From Dictyostelium discoideum (taxonomy: Eukaryota): a DNA stretch of 64,000 bases. Positions 24,588-35,915 of this stretch are shown here, one piece after another (position 1 is the stretch's first letter; each line of letters begins with the position of its first letter). The stretch lies in assembly GCA_000004695.1 (NCBI GenBank), contig CM000151.3:224001-288000 (forward strand), given 5' to 3'. The position numbers and the translations under genes were made by a program. Under the pieces are notes generated by a model. That model did not search any database. It had not been told where the DNA came from and worked only from the letters and a program-made list of their open reading frames with translations.

Positions 24588-27500
24588 AGGAAAATAAAAT
24601 TTATAAATTATTAATTATTATTTTTTATTATTTTTTTAAATAAAAATAATTTTGTAAAATCAGATTGTGATCAAGAACTCGATTTGGTATTATATAATTC
24701 TTGTGGAAATAGCCCATCAAAATTAGTTATTCATGAAAATATTTATTCTTTTGAAAGTATTGAATTGACTCCATTTGTTCAACCAAAATTACTAAATTAT
24801 TATTCTTGGGATTTACAAGATGGAATTAATTATTTCATAAGTTACAGATACAAGAATTGTAGTAATATAATTTCTAAACCATTTGCTTCAAAAGGAATGT
24901 ATTATAAACTTTTAGCGGAACCATTATGTTTAAATACATATACTCCAATTATAGTTTATAATTGGGCTGCAGATGCTTCACCCTATAGTTTTTATAGTGT
25001 TCCATCAACAATTTGGGTTTATTCACAAAATGGTAATTGTAATTTCCAATCACCAATTTCTCCACAAAGCTACACAAAAGGTGTATTAAATGATGGTGCA
25101 CTCAAATTCGTTGGACCAACATGTGGTTTTAAAAATGGTACGATTACAATTGATTTAACCAAAGGTTATTCAAATTATCATTTATTCCTTCAATCAGATT
25201 ACCTTTTTGATAATGAAATTCAACCATCTTCAGAAGGTTTTTACAATGGATTGGAATCTGAAAATTACTTCCTTTTCGTTGATTCTGAACAGTGTGCTAC
25301 TGAAAGAATTAAAATTTACTTGAAAGATGTTTTCGCTCCATTGGAAATTGATTTTGAGAATGTTCCAGATTTATTCCATAATTCAACAATTTCATTATCA
25401 TTATCAAGTGGTAATAATGGAATTTTAAATAACACAAATTCAAATGCATTTGTTGGAAATACACAGCGTTTACTTGCAGATTGGAACCATGCACAAACCC
25501 CAATTATATCAAGAACTGTTTATGGGTATACTTATAATAAAGACTTTTCAACAGAGGTTGGCCAGTTACAATGTAATTTTTTCGAAACACTTTCATTTGA
25601 TAATTATTCCCCAAATTTCAATTTCACAATTTCAAAAAGTGAAAGTTGTTTAGAAAATGTTTCAATTACATTCTATCCATTACCAAATCAAAATATTAAA
25701 GTTTATGATTATAGCTCAGAGTCTGGTATTCCATTCTCAATGAAGGATAACGTTTTATCAGTTAATAATAATTTAAATTTATGGATTTTTGATACCAATC
25801 AAGGGTATGGTATTGTTCATTCAACTGTTTTTGATATACCATCTTACAAAATTATCGAAACTTCAAATGGAATTGGATGTTGGAAAACTTATAATATTAC
25901 TATTGTAAATTATGAAAATTATAAAAATCTAAGAATTCATTCATATAATGAAAATAGTGAATTTAATTTTTATCCAGTAGAAGGTGTATTTATAAATGTA
26001 CCTGCATTGTATTACTATGTTACTTATAATGCTGGTGATTGTGAAACTGAATCATTCTTTGTAATCGATAAACTTGATATAAATACTCCAATGGATGGTG
26101 TGACTGTTGAATACACTACATTGAAAGTTGGTAATTGTACACATGAAACTTCATTCATGGTGACTGTGAAATCAGTATTCGGTAGCTATTCAAAAACTAT
26201 GCAAACATTCTATGATAAAGAATTTACTATATTCCTTCCAAATTGTTCATGTCAGATTAATGGCATTTACGAAGCACCCGGCTTAATTGATGGTGATTCA
26301 CTTATTTATGAACTTTTAACAGATCCAAATTGTAATTCCACTGGCACTTTAATTAGATTTACTTCTCCTTCCCAAGATTATTCAATATCATCTGTATATC
26401 AAAATGGTGTTCAATTGCAATATTATAACAATTTAAATGGTTATTATATTAGTTCAGGTGAAAATAATATTACAGTTAATTATGAAGGTGATCAATATTG
26501 TTATAGAACTGAAACAATAACTATTCAATCAGTTTATGAAGTACCATTGGTCCAAATTACACCAGTTTCAGATTGTAGAAATCCAAATGGAAAAATTGAA
26601 ATTTCAAATTTCCAAATTTTCTATAACTTAGAGCTTGTATTTAATTCAAATAGTAAACCAATTAATCAAGGCTTTATTGAGAATCTTGCATCCGGTACAT
26701 ATACAATTAATTATTACAGCAATCAAACATGTATAAATTCTATCACTGTTTATGTACCATCTTCAGAAAATGTAGCAGAAATTACAACATCAGTAATTAG
26801 CAATCCAACTTGTGATAATGGTCCTTTCTCTGATGGTATGATCAGAGTAGCTCTTAAATATGAAGGTAATCAAATTAATAATTTCACAATCCAAAATCAA
26901 GATGCAGAATTTACCTACCTTAATGATGGTGTTTACCCAATAGCAGGTGTTGGTGTAAATAGTTTAACAATTTCATATCTTTCTTGTATATGGAAAAGAG
27001 ATATTACAACAGTACTCAATAAGCCAAGCTTTACTCTTGAAAAAGTTTTTAATGATACTTGTTCACTACCAAATGTTTATAAATTAGTATCAAGTAATCC
27101 AAATATTGAAATCGATTATATTGATTCACCAAATAACTTTTTTTATCAAAATAACTATTATCTAGTATTTCAAAATGTTGGTAATTCTAGTTATCAAGTG
27201 GGCTGGAATTCACGTTGTGAAGAACATTACTATCAACAAATAATAATGGATAATTATGATAAAAATAGTAATGTTAAATATATAGATTATGAAATTGTAA
27301 AATCAGATAATTGTAACTCATTAAAAATTGATTTAATCATTACAAATATGAACAAATTCGTTAGTTTAAATATTGAAAATAAACTTCCAACACCAATTAA
27401 TTCGACCCATTCAATTTTCAAAAATTTACCACCATCAAAAAGTTATGACATTTTATACACATTACTAAATGGTTGTGCAGGGTATCAAACTGTAGGTGAA

Positions 27501-28181
27501 GATGAACTCAAATCTGGTTTTACTAAAGAAACAATGGATATCATAAAAATAAATGATCTTTGTTACTCTGGTAAAGCTTCAATACAATTATCAAATTTGG
27601 ATTTTGATAATTATTATTATTATATTAAAAATTCAAATAGTTTAATGGGAGTTTCTGATTCATTTGACCCAATTCAACCACAACAAATTAGTAGTAATGG
27701 TACTATTTTACTTTCAAATTATAATCCTGGTAGTTATAAAATTTATCGTGGTTGTAAGTCAATGGCAAACTGTTATTTAGAAACAAATGTTGTTATTGAA
27801 AGTGAAGATCCAATAATTGAATCAATTTCAGTTACTGATTCATATGATAAATTAAATAATGGTACTGTTGAAATTAAATTAAATTATAATTCATCAAATC
27901 CAATTAATTTTAAAATCATTGGTACTCAATTATCAAATCAAAATGGTAAATTTGGAAATTTAACACCAAAAACATACGAAGTTCAAGTTACATTAACTGA
28001 TAGAATGTGTCCAATCACTCTATCAAAATCATTTACAATTAATTTAAAAACATCACCAACACCATCACCAACCCCATCACCACAAGATCCATCTGATGAA
28101 CTTTCAACATCATCATTTGTTCAAGTTAATCTATTATTCTTATCAATCTTAATTTTCACTATTTTTATTTTTTTAATTTAA
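24588..28181 (+). pseudogene. surface glycoprotein paralog 2 (about 90% nt identity to paralog 1). The ancestral start codon is mutated ATG->AGG (24588-24590) and there is an in-frame TAA at 24612-24614. The remaining ~1165 codons are open.
   Basis: Direct alignment of AATAAAAATGAAAATAAAATTTATAAATTATTTATTATT (copy 1) with AATAAAAAGGAAAATAAAATTTATAAATTATTAATTATT (copy 2). The track 'M' at 24684 is TTG. The first in-frame ATG is about 70 codons downstream (SKGMYYK), past the signal peptide. Confidence 0.55.
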
Positions 28182-28336
28182 AATAATTAAAAATTCCAAA
28201 GTTTTTTCAATATTTATATATATACTTTTCCCTTTAATGTTTATTTTTAAAAAATTGTTTTAGTGGAGGAAATGGGAAAGGATTTTAAAAAAGTATATTT
28301 TTTTTTATAATTGACTGGAAGATGATAAAGTCTTTT

Positions 28337-28372
<36 letters not shown>

Positions 28373-28630
28373 TAATTGTTCGTTTTATTTGTTTATATAT
28401 TTACATGTTTATTTATTAATTTTTTTTTTTTTTGTGTAAATTACAAAGTATCCCAAGAAATCAAAGTAAAAAAATCAAATCATTGAAACCCTATTCGTTA
28501 TGAAATGATTGCAATCTCCTTTTTTTTTTAAAATAAAAAAAAAAATTAAAAAAATTAAAAAAAATTCAAATAACCAATCTGATTGATTTCTTTACCGATC
28601 CCCCAAAAAATTAATTTTTTTTTTAATTTT

Positions 28631-28655
28631 TCAAAAACTAAAAATATCTTTTTTT
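28631..28655. promoter_or_regulatory. conserved upstream box of paralog 3 (CAAAAACTAAAAATATCTTTTTTTT)
   Basis: Matches box 2 of paralogs 1 and 2. Lies about 110 bp upstream of ATG 28762. Confidence 0.3.
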
Positions 28656-28761
28656 TTTATTTTTAATTTTTTTTTTTTTTTTTTATTTTAACCTTTTTTT
28701 TTTTTTTTTTTTTTTTTATTTTAACAAAAAAAAATAATATTAAATCTAAAACAATAAGGAA

Positions 28762-31700
28762 ATGAAATTTATAAAATATTTATTAATTTTATTTTTAATA
28801 TTAAAAATTAATTATTTTGTAGAATCAGGAGTAGATTGTCAAAAAAATACAGAGTATTTCGTTGAAAATTCATGTGGCAAAAATCCATCAAAATTAAACA
28901 TCAACACTGATATTTACTATTTTGAAAGTATTGGAATAACACCATATTCCCCACCTGTTTATAATGAATCTACAACTAATTACTTTTGGTATTTGAAGGA
29001 TGGTATTGAATATACATTTAGTTATAGATACAAAGGTTGTCAAAATATTAAATCACATTCAATTGTTTCACAAGGAATGTATTACCAACTTTTATCACAA
29101 CCATTGTGTCCAAATACCTATTTCAATTATACAATTTATAATTCAGGAGAGTTTGGTGGAAATACAAATTATTACTCTACCCCACAAAATATTATAAGTT
29201 CAAATTATAATGGTAGTTGTACTATTAATATTTTAATTACACCACTTAGTAATTCCAAAGGTGCATTCCAAAGCAGTGCTGCTAAATACACCTATCCAAC
29301 TTGTGGTTTTAATAATGGTACGATTTCAGTTGATTTAACAAAAGGTTATTCAAATTGTCACTTATTCAGCCAATTTGACACGAGTTTTCTATATGAAATT
29401 GAACCATCATCGCCATGTTTTTACAGTGGGTTGGAGTCAAATTATTATTACCTTTTCGTTGATTCTAAAGAATGTGCTACTGAAAGATTATCAATTCAAT
29501 TATTCAATGTTTTCACTCCATTGGAAATTACTTTTGAAAATGTTCCAGATTATAATCAAAATTCAATAGTATCATTATCATTATCAAGTGGTGACAATGG
29601 AATTTTAAATAAAACTAATTCATTTGCAACTGTGGGTGGCACTGGACCTGATCCATTAAGTACTTGGAGCCATAAAGAAACTAAAATTACTTCAACCACA
29701 CAATTTGGTTACTTTTATAATAAAGACTTTTCAACAGATCCATTAAAAGTTATATGTTCTTTTAATGATGGTTTTGAACCGCAAAAATTTAATCCAAATT
29801 TTAATTTCACAGTTACAAAAAGTGATACTTGTTTAGAAAATGTAACTATTACATTTTATCCATTACCAAGTCAAACATTTGTTGTTCATGATTATATTTT
29901 AGGAAATATATTACCATTGACAAATAATGTTCTATCGGTTCAATATAATAAATTTTTACATATTTCAGAGATTTCAAGTAATTCAGAAAGATATTATTCA
30001 ACAGCTTTTTATGCTCCTATTTATAGAGTTGTTGAAACTTCAAATGGAATTGGTTGTTGGAAAACCTATAATATTACAATTGGTGAATATCAAATTTATT
30101 CAAATCTTACAATGAAAGTATATGATGGAGATGAATATGAATATATTTTTTATCCAATTGAAGGAGTTTTCGTTAATGTACCTGCAAATTATTTTTATAT
30201 CCATTATAAAGTTAAAGATTGTGAAGTTGAATCAATAATTATGATTGATAAATATGAAGAAATTACTCCAATGGATGATGTAAAAATGGATATCAGTATA
30301 TATGAACTTGGTAATTGTACACATGAAACTTCAATTTTAGTAAATATCGATACAGTTTTTGGTAACTTTTCTAAAGTTTATTCATCATTTTCAAATGGTT
30401 ATTTCTCTTTTTACCTTCCAAATTGTTCCTGTAATATTGGTTTCTACTATTCTATTCCACCATTAATCGATAGTGAAACATTTTCTTATGGTTTTATCAG
30501 TGATCTAGATTGTAATTCCACTGGTACTGTTATTCAATTATTAGGTTCAAATGGTAATACTATTCAAGAAGTTTATTCAAATGGTATTAAATTAATAGTA
30601 AATAATGACGTTGATACTGATTTTGCATATAATATTGGGCCTGGTGAAAATAATGTTACAATTAAATATTCAAATACAAAAGGAACTTGTTACAAATCTC
30701 AAATGATTAACATACAATCACCTTATGAAGTACCATTAGTTGAAGTCACACCAGTTATAGATTGTGATAGTTCTGATGGTAAAATTTCAATTTCAAATTA
30801 TATGAACTTCTATTCATTGGATATTATTATTGATTCATCCACTATACCAATTAATTCAGGTTTAGTTAGTAATCTTCCAACTGGTACTTACACAATTGTT
30901 TATGGAAACAGTGGATCTTGTGCAAATTCTATCGATGTTTATGTACCATCTTCAGAACAGTATGTAGAAATTACAACATCTGTAATTTCCCATCCAACTT
31001 GTGGTGAACAATCATTGAATGGTGATGGTAAAGTCAATGTAACTTTAAAGGTTTTAGGAATTAAAAAAAATACATTCTATATTCAAAATCAAAATCAAAT
31101 ATCATCTCTAACATTCTCAGATGGTGGTGTTTATATTGCTGCTGCTCCAGGTTTAAATACTTTATCAATATCCTATGGTGGTTGTATTTGGAATAGAGAT
31201 GTTAATACAACAATTTCCAAACCAACATTCTCATTTGAAAAGATTTACAATGACACTTGTTTATCATCAGTATATTATAAATTAATAAATAATAATACAA
31301 ATATAGCAATTAATTCCATCACTTCACCTTATACCTTATATAGTTACCAAAATGAATACTACACTCAAATGGCCACAAATTTAATCTATCCATACACTGT
31401 CACATGGAATACCTATTGCACAGAAACATTTTACCAAGAATTTACTTTTGACACTCCTTTTAATTATTATTCAAATTATATCCAATATGAAATTGTAAAA
31501 GCTGATAATTGTAATTCATTCAAAATTGATATCATCATTAAAAATATGAATACTTTTCAAAAGGTAACCCTTTCAAGTAAATATCCAACACCAATTAATT
31601 CGACTCATGCAATTTTTAAAAATTTACCACCATCTATTTCTTATGATATTTCATTCACATTATTTGATGGTTGCTCTGGTACTGAAATGGTTGGTTATCA

Positions 31701-32367
31701 ACAACTTTCAAATGGTAATACTAAAGAGACAATCGATATCATCAAGGTGAACGACATTTGTAACTCTGGTAAAGGTTCTATCCAATTATCAAATATGGAT
31801 ACCTCCAATCATTATTACTATGTTAAAACATTTTCAGATTATTACGTTTACACAAGTTACCCAATTCAACCAACTACTAATGATAATGGTACAATTATTA
31901 GTCTACTTTCAAATTTACCAGTTGGTAGTTACAATATAACTAGAAATTGTAAATCAATAACAAACTGTTATATAGAAACAAAGGTTGTTATTGAAAATAA
32001 AGACCCAATAATTGAATCAATTTCAGTTACTGATTCATATGATAAATTAAATAATGGTACTGCTGAAATTAAATTAAACTATAACTCAACATATCCAATT
32101 AATTTCAAAATTATTGGTACTCAATTATCCAATCAAAATGGTATATTTTCAAATTTACCACCAAAAACATATGAAGTTCAAGTTACATTAACTGATAGAA
32201 TGTGTCCAATCACAATTTCACAATCATTTACAATCAATTTTAAAACATCACCAACACCACCACCACTACCACAAGATCCATCTGATGAACTTTCAACATC
32301 TTCATTTATTCAATTAAATATTTTATCATTATTATTAATTTCAATTTTCACTATTTTTATTTTATAG
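28762..32367 (+). CDS. surface glycoprotein paralog 3 (1201 aa). A diverged member with the same architecture and the same C-terminal stalk and hydrophobic tail.
   Basis: MKFIKYLLILFLILKINYFVESG signal. Collinear motifs: TCGFNNGTISVDLTKGYSNCHLF, VIDCDSSDGKISISN...NLPTGTYTIVYGNSGSCANSIDVYVP, DSYDKLNNGTAEIKLN. C-terminus TSPTPPPLPQDPSDELSTSSFIQLNILSLLLISIFTIFIL-stop. Confidence 0.7.
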   Translation: MKFIKYLLILFLILKINYFVESGVDCQKNTEYFVENSCGKNPSKLNINTDIYYFESIGITPYSPPVYNESTTNYFWYLKDGIEYTFSYRYKGCQNIKSHSIVSQGMYYQLLSQPLCPNTYFNYTIYNSGEFGGNTNYYSTPQNIISSNYNGSCTINILITPLSNSKGAFQSSAAKYTYPTCGFNNGTISVDLTKGYSNCHLFSQFDTSFLYEIEPSSPCFYSGLESNYYYLFVDSKECATERLSIQLFNVFTPLEITFENVPDYNQNSIVSLSLSSGDNGILNKTNSFATVGGTGPDPLSTWSHKETKITSTTQFGYFYNKDFSTDPLKVICSFNDGFEPQKFNPNFNFTVTKSDTCLENVTITFYPLPSQTFVVHDYILGNILPLTNNVLSVQYNKFLHISEISSNSERYYSTAFYAPIYRVVETSNGIGCWKTYNITIGEYQIYSNLTMKVYDGDEYEYIFYPIEGVFVNVPANYFYIHYKVKDCEVESIIMIDKYEEITPMDDVKMDISIYELGNCTHETSILVNIDTVFGNFSKVYSSFSNGYFSFYLPNCSCNIGFYYSIPPLIDSETFSYGFISDLDCNSTGTVIQLLGSNGNTIQEVYSNGIKLIVNNDVDTDFAYNIGPGENNVTIKYSNTKGTCYKSQMINIQSPYEVPLVEVTPVIDCDSSDGKISISNYMNFYSLDIIIDSSTIPINSGLVSNLPTGTYTIVYGNSGSCANSIDVYVPSSEQYVEITTSVISHPTCGEQSLNGDGKVNVTLKVLGIKKNTFYIQNQNQISSLTFSDGGVYIAAAPGLNTLSISYGGCIWNRDVNTTISKPTFSFEKIYNDTCLSSVYYKLINNNTNIAINSITSPYTLYSYQNEYYTQMATNLIYPYTVTWNTYCTETFYQEFTFDTPFNYYSNYIQYEIVKADNCNSFKIDIIIKNMNTFQKVTLSSKYPTPINSTHAIFKNLPPSISYDISFTLFDGCSGTEMVGYQQLSNGNTKETIDIIKVNDICNSGKGSIQLSNMDTSNHYYYVKTFSDYYVYTSYPIQPTTNDNGTIISLLSNLPVGSYNITRNCKSITNCYIETKVVIENKDPIIESISVTDSYDKLNNGTAEIKLNYNSTYPINFKIIGTQLSNQNGIFSNLPPKTYEVQVTLTDRMCPITISQSFTINFKTSPTPPPLPQDPSDELSTSSFIQLNILSLLLISIFTIFIL

Positions 32368-32635
32368 ATTTAAAAAATATTACACATTACTTTTAAAAAT
32401 AAAAATTTAAAAATAAAAAAATAAAAAAATATATTCCTAATTTGGGTTTATGAAAATATTTAAAAATTATTACCAAAAAAAACCAAAATTAAAAGCTACT
32501 TTATAAAGAAATTATTTTGTATAATTAAATAAAAAAAAAGAAAATGTAAATTTTTGTGAATATAAAAAGAAAATTTTTTTTTTTTTTTTATTATTATAAT
32601 AAATAAATAAAAAAGATAAAACAAATAATAAAAAA

Positions 32636-33863
32636 ATGTTTAAACAAATAATTATAGTTATTAGTTTAGTTCTTTTTGCTTTTAATCAATTGGATATTGT
32701 TTCAGCTTGTAGATGTGATTCAGATTGTGAAGATTGTAATGAATGTACTTTGGATACTTGCTCTCGTGGATGTTGTTCAAATGTTGAAATAGATTGTGAC
32801 GATGGTAATCAATGTACTGTAGATTCATGTTCAAAAGAGACTGGTTGTGCCCATAATGATATTAATTGTGACGATGGTGATGCTTGTACTACTGATTCAT
32901 GTTCCAAATTATCTGGTTGTTGTAACTTGCCAATCTCTTGTGATGATAATGATGCTTGCACAACTGATTCTTGTTTAAATTCTACCGGTTGTTCAAATTT
33001 ACTAATCTCATGTGATGATGGAAATGCTTGTACTACTGATAGTTGCTCAAAGAAAACAGGTTGTTGTAATTTATCAATCTCTTGTGATGATGGTAATGCT
33101 TGTACAACTGATGGTTGTTCAAAGGAAACTGGTTGTACTAATTCCAATATCGATTGTGACGATGATGATTCTTGTACTACTGATTCTTGTTCAAAGAAAA
33201 CTGGTTGTTCAAATTTACCAATGTCTTGTGATGATAATGATGCTTGTACTACCGATTCATGCTTAAATTCTACTGGTTGTTCAAATTTACCAATCTCTTG
33301 TGATGATAATGATACTTGTACTACTGGTTCTTGTTCAAAATCTGCTGGTTGTTGTAATTCACCAATTTCATGTGATGATGGTAATGCTTGTACTACTGAT
33401 GGTTGTTCTAAAGAGACTGGTTGTTGTAATACACCAATTACTTGTGATGATGGTGATTTGTGTACCAATGTCTTGTGATGATAATGATGCTTGTACTACC
33501 GATTCATGCTTAAATTCTACTGGTTGTTCAAATTTACCAATCTCTTGTGATGATAATGATACTTGTACTACTGATTCTTGTTCAAAATCTGCTGGTTGTT
33601 GTAATTCACCAATTTCATGTGATGATGGTAATGCTTGTACTACTGATGGTTGTTCTAAAGAGACTGGTTGTTGTAATACACCAATTACTTGTGATGATGG
33701 TGATTTGTGTACCAATGACTCTTGCTCTGAAAAAAGTGGTTGTTGTCATACTCCAGTTTCATGTGACGATGGTGAAGATTGCACAACTGACACTTGTTCA
33801 CCAAAATTAGGATGTATTCATACCTATATCACTATTCCTGAACCTCAACCTATTGATTGTTAA
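32636..33863 (+). CDS. secreted cysteine-rich protein made of ~27-aa CDDGNACTTDSC..TGC repeats (Dictyostelium CTDC-type Cys repeat). The reading frame is interrupted by a 247-bp tandem duplication: frame 1 stops at 33478 and the +1 frame continues to 33863.
   Basis: Signal peptide MFKQIIIVISLVLFAFNQLDIVSA. At least 11 repeats of [IL]SCDD[GN][DN]ACTTDSC[SL][KN].TGC. ORF 32636-33478 and ORF 33300-33863 are in different frames. Removing one 247-bp unit restores a single ORF that ends ...CTTDTCSPKLGCIHTYITIPEPQPIDC. Confidence 0.6.
33221..33714. repeat. direct tandem duplication, 2 x 247 bp (units 33221-33467 and 33468-33714), about 99.6% identical
   Basis: Unit 2 repeats unit 1 base for base except for one difference (TGG vs TGA in ACTACTGGTTCT / ACTACTGATTCT). 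247 = 3n+1, hence the frameshift. Confidence 0.85.
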
Positions 33864-34016
33864 TAAATTACAAATGAAAAAAAATATTAATAAAAAAAAA
33901 AAAAAAAATTCAAAATTTTTTACTTTTTTTTGGCGGTCAATTTTTTTTTTTTTTTTTTTTCAGACATTTTTTATCGTCAACTTCATTACTCCAACACATA
34001 ATTTATACAAATAATA

Positions 34017-35749
34017 ATGTCAACAAGTAAAAAAATTAAAACAGATAATAATAAAATATTACAAGATGTGATTGATTATGAAATTTTAAAATCTTTAATA
34101 AATTATTTATTAATCAGCAAAAATAATAAAACAAATTATAATAATACTATTAATCAATATAAAATTAATAAATTTTATTTAAATAGAAATGAAATATTAA
34201 ATTATATATTAGTTTCAAAAAAGTGGTATAATTTTATATCATCAACAATATCAAATAATATTATTGATAATAAATCATTTGAACATTGGTTAAAAATTAA
34301 TTATAATAAAAATAAATCATTTATTGAAAATTACAATAACCAAAATCAATATGATAAAAATAATTTAATTTTTAATGACAAAGAAGATAATCAAAATAAA
34401 ATTAGTTTTAATAAAGAGTTTTCAATTATAAAAATCAAAGAATCAATAATCAATGATTATTTTAAATTCAATTTATTTTTAGATGATATTACAATTGATG
34501 ATTTTAAAGAAATTAAAAATAAATTTGAAAATAATCAATTACTTTATAATAGAATTGTAGTTAATGTTAAAACTGGTTATGAAGGGAATCAAGACGATAG
34601 TATTTTATTCGAAATACATGAATATATATCAAATGAAAATTCAGAAAACATATCAAATTTATTTAAAATATTAGAATTAAATTATAATTATTTGGAAATT
34701 GAGGGCTATAATCCAAGCTCTGAAGAAGATGATGATGAAAGTAATAAGAAATGTACTGAATTATATTTAAATAATTTATCAATTGCTGGTGTTGATAGAG
34801 ATGTAGGTGAAGATGAAGAAACAGTAAAGATATTCAAAATTTTCAAAGGTAAAAATTTAATTTATGATGGATCTGATGTTGCTTGTGATTGTCCAACACA
34901 TGTCGATTATTCAGCATTATTTGATCCAAATAATTCAGGTCAACAAGTTGAATCAATTAAAGTACAAAATAGATTAGATGGTGGTGAATATGTCGAAGCA
35001 CGTCATTTAATCAAAGTTAATCAATTTGAAAATTTACATTCAATTACAATACCAATTAATTCATTTCAAATATTATCAAACCTATCTGAAGAAATGGGAT
35101 TTAATAGTTTCTATAGTAATAGTACAGATTCAGGTAATTCAGAAAATATGAAATCCGAATTAAACCAAATGATTAATTCATTCATTACAAGTAAATCTTT
35201 AAAGAATTTAAATATATCATCCATAGAAAAAGAAGATTCAATTTATAGTGATGATTATGATGATGATGAAACTTTTGCTAATAATATTAATGAAACTATA
35301 GAATCATTTTCAAATTCATTTATACCATTATTTTCAGAATCAAATACATCAATTGAAAGAATTGAATTTGATTGTTGTGGTTTATTAAATATTAATACAT
35401 TTTCAAATTTATTAAAAAACAAATCAATTAAATATTTATATTTATATGATAATAGTGATTTCATTGTTTACTCTTCAAAACAAACTGGTCGTGGTGGTAA
35501 TGATTTACATAAAGAACCTATTTCAATTAATCAATATTTATTTGATAATATATTTTCATCGCCATTAACATCAATTAGACATTATAAAATTAATATCAAA
35601 GAATCAAATCAATTCAAATTAATATTTAATTTAATATTAAATAATATTTTTAAATTACAATTATATTCATTAATATTTGAATTAAATGAAAATGAGTTAG
35701 TTGGTGAATTTGTTAAAGAATTTAAAAATTTAATAAATAATATTTCAAT

Positions 35750-35786
<37 letters not shown>

Positions 35787-35915
35787 AAAGAATCAAATAT
35801 AAATTTAAAAGAAATTAAAATTAAAATCGGAGATGATGAATATATTCCTGAATTAAATAATATTAATAATCCATATTTCACAACAGTAATAAAGAAATTA
35901 CCAAAAAAAAATTAA
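34017..35915 (+). CDS. member A (632 aa) of a tandemly arrayed Dictyostelium-specific family. N-terminal F-box-like motif (DYEILKSLINYLL ... NEILNYILVSKKWYNFIS), acidic linker and a conserved C-terminal domain.
   Basis: Intact intronless ORF. Family-conserved blocks: ETVKIFKIFKGKNLIY, YSALFDPNNSGQQVESIKV, VEARHLIKVNQFENLHSITIPINSFQILSNLSEEMGF, IERIEFDCCGLLNINTFSNLL, PLTSIRHYKI, NPYFTTVIKKLPK. Confidence 0.7.

Noticed and set aside
25309-30115. Short internal ORFs within the surface-protein genes (25309-25503, 25444-25653, 29000-29197, 29375-29569, 29927-30115)
   Set aside because: Off-frame or antisense to long, paralog-supported ORFs.
32809-33715. Minus-strand Q/E/S-rich ORFs (32809-33468, 33368-33715) and plus-strand out-of-frame ORFs (33012-33266, 33547-33810) over the Cys-repeat gene
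   Set aside because: They are alternative frames or the antisense of the periodic TGT/GAT-rich repeat gene. The signal peptide, Cys periodicity and codon usage support only the 32636 frame.
35255-35464. Conserved antisense ORFs (MKSLLSYKYKYLIDLFFNKFENVLIFNKPQQSN...) inside every family member; also 37710-37928, 56776-56976, 60200-60382, 62488-62685
   Set aside because: They are the reverse complement of the conserved sense block IERIEFDCCGLLNINTFSNLLNNKSIKYLYLY. Conservation is inherited from the sense strand. In A/T-rich K/N/I/F coding the antisense frame is often open by chance.
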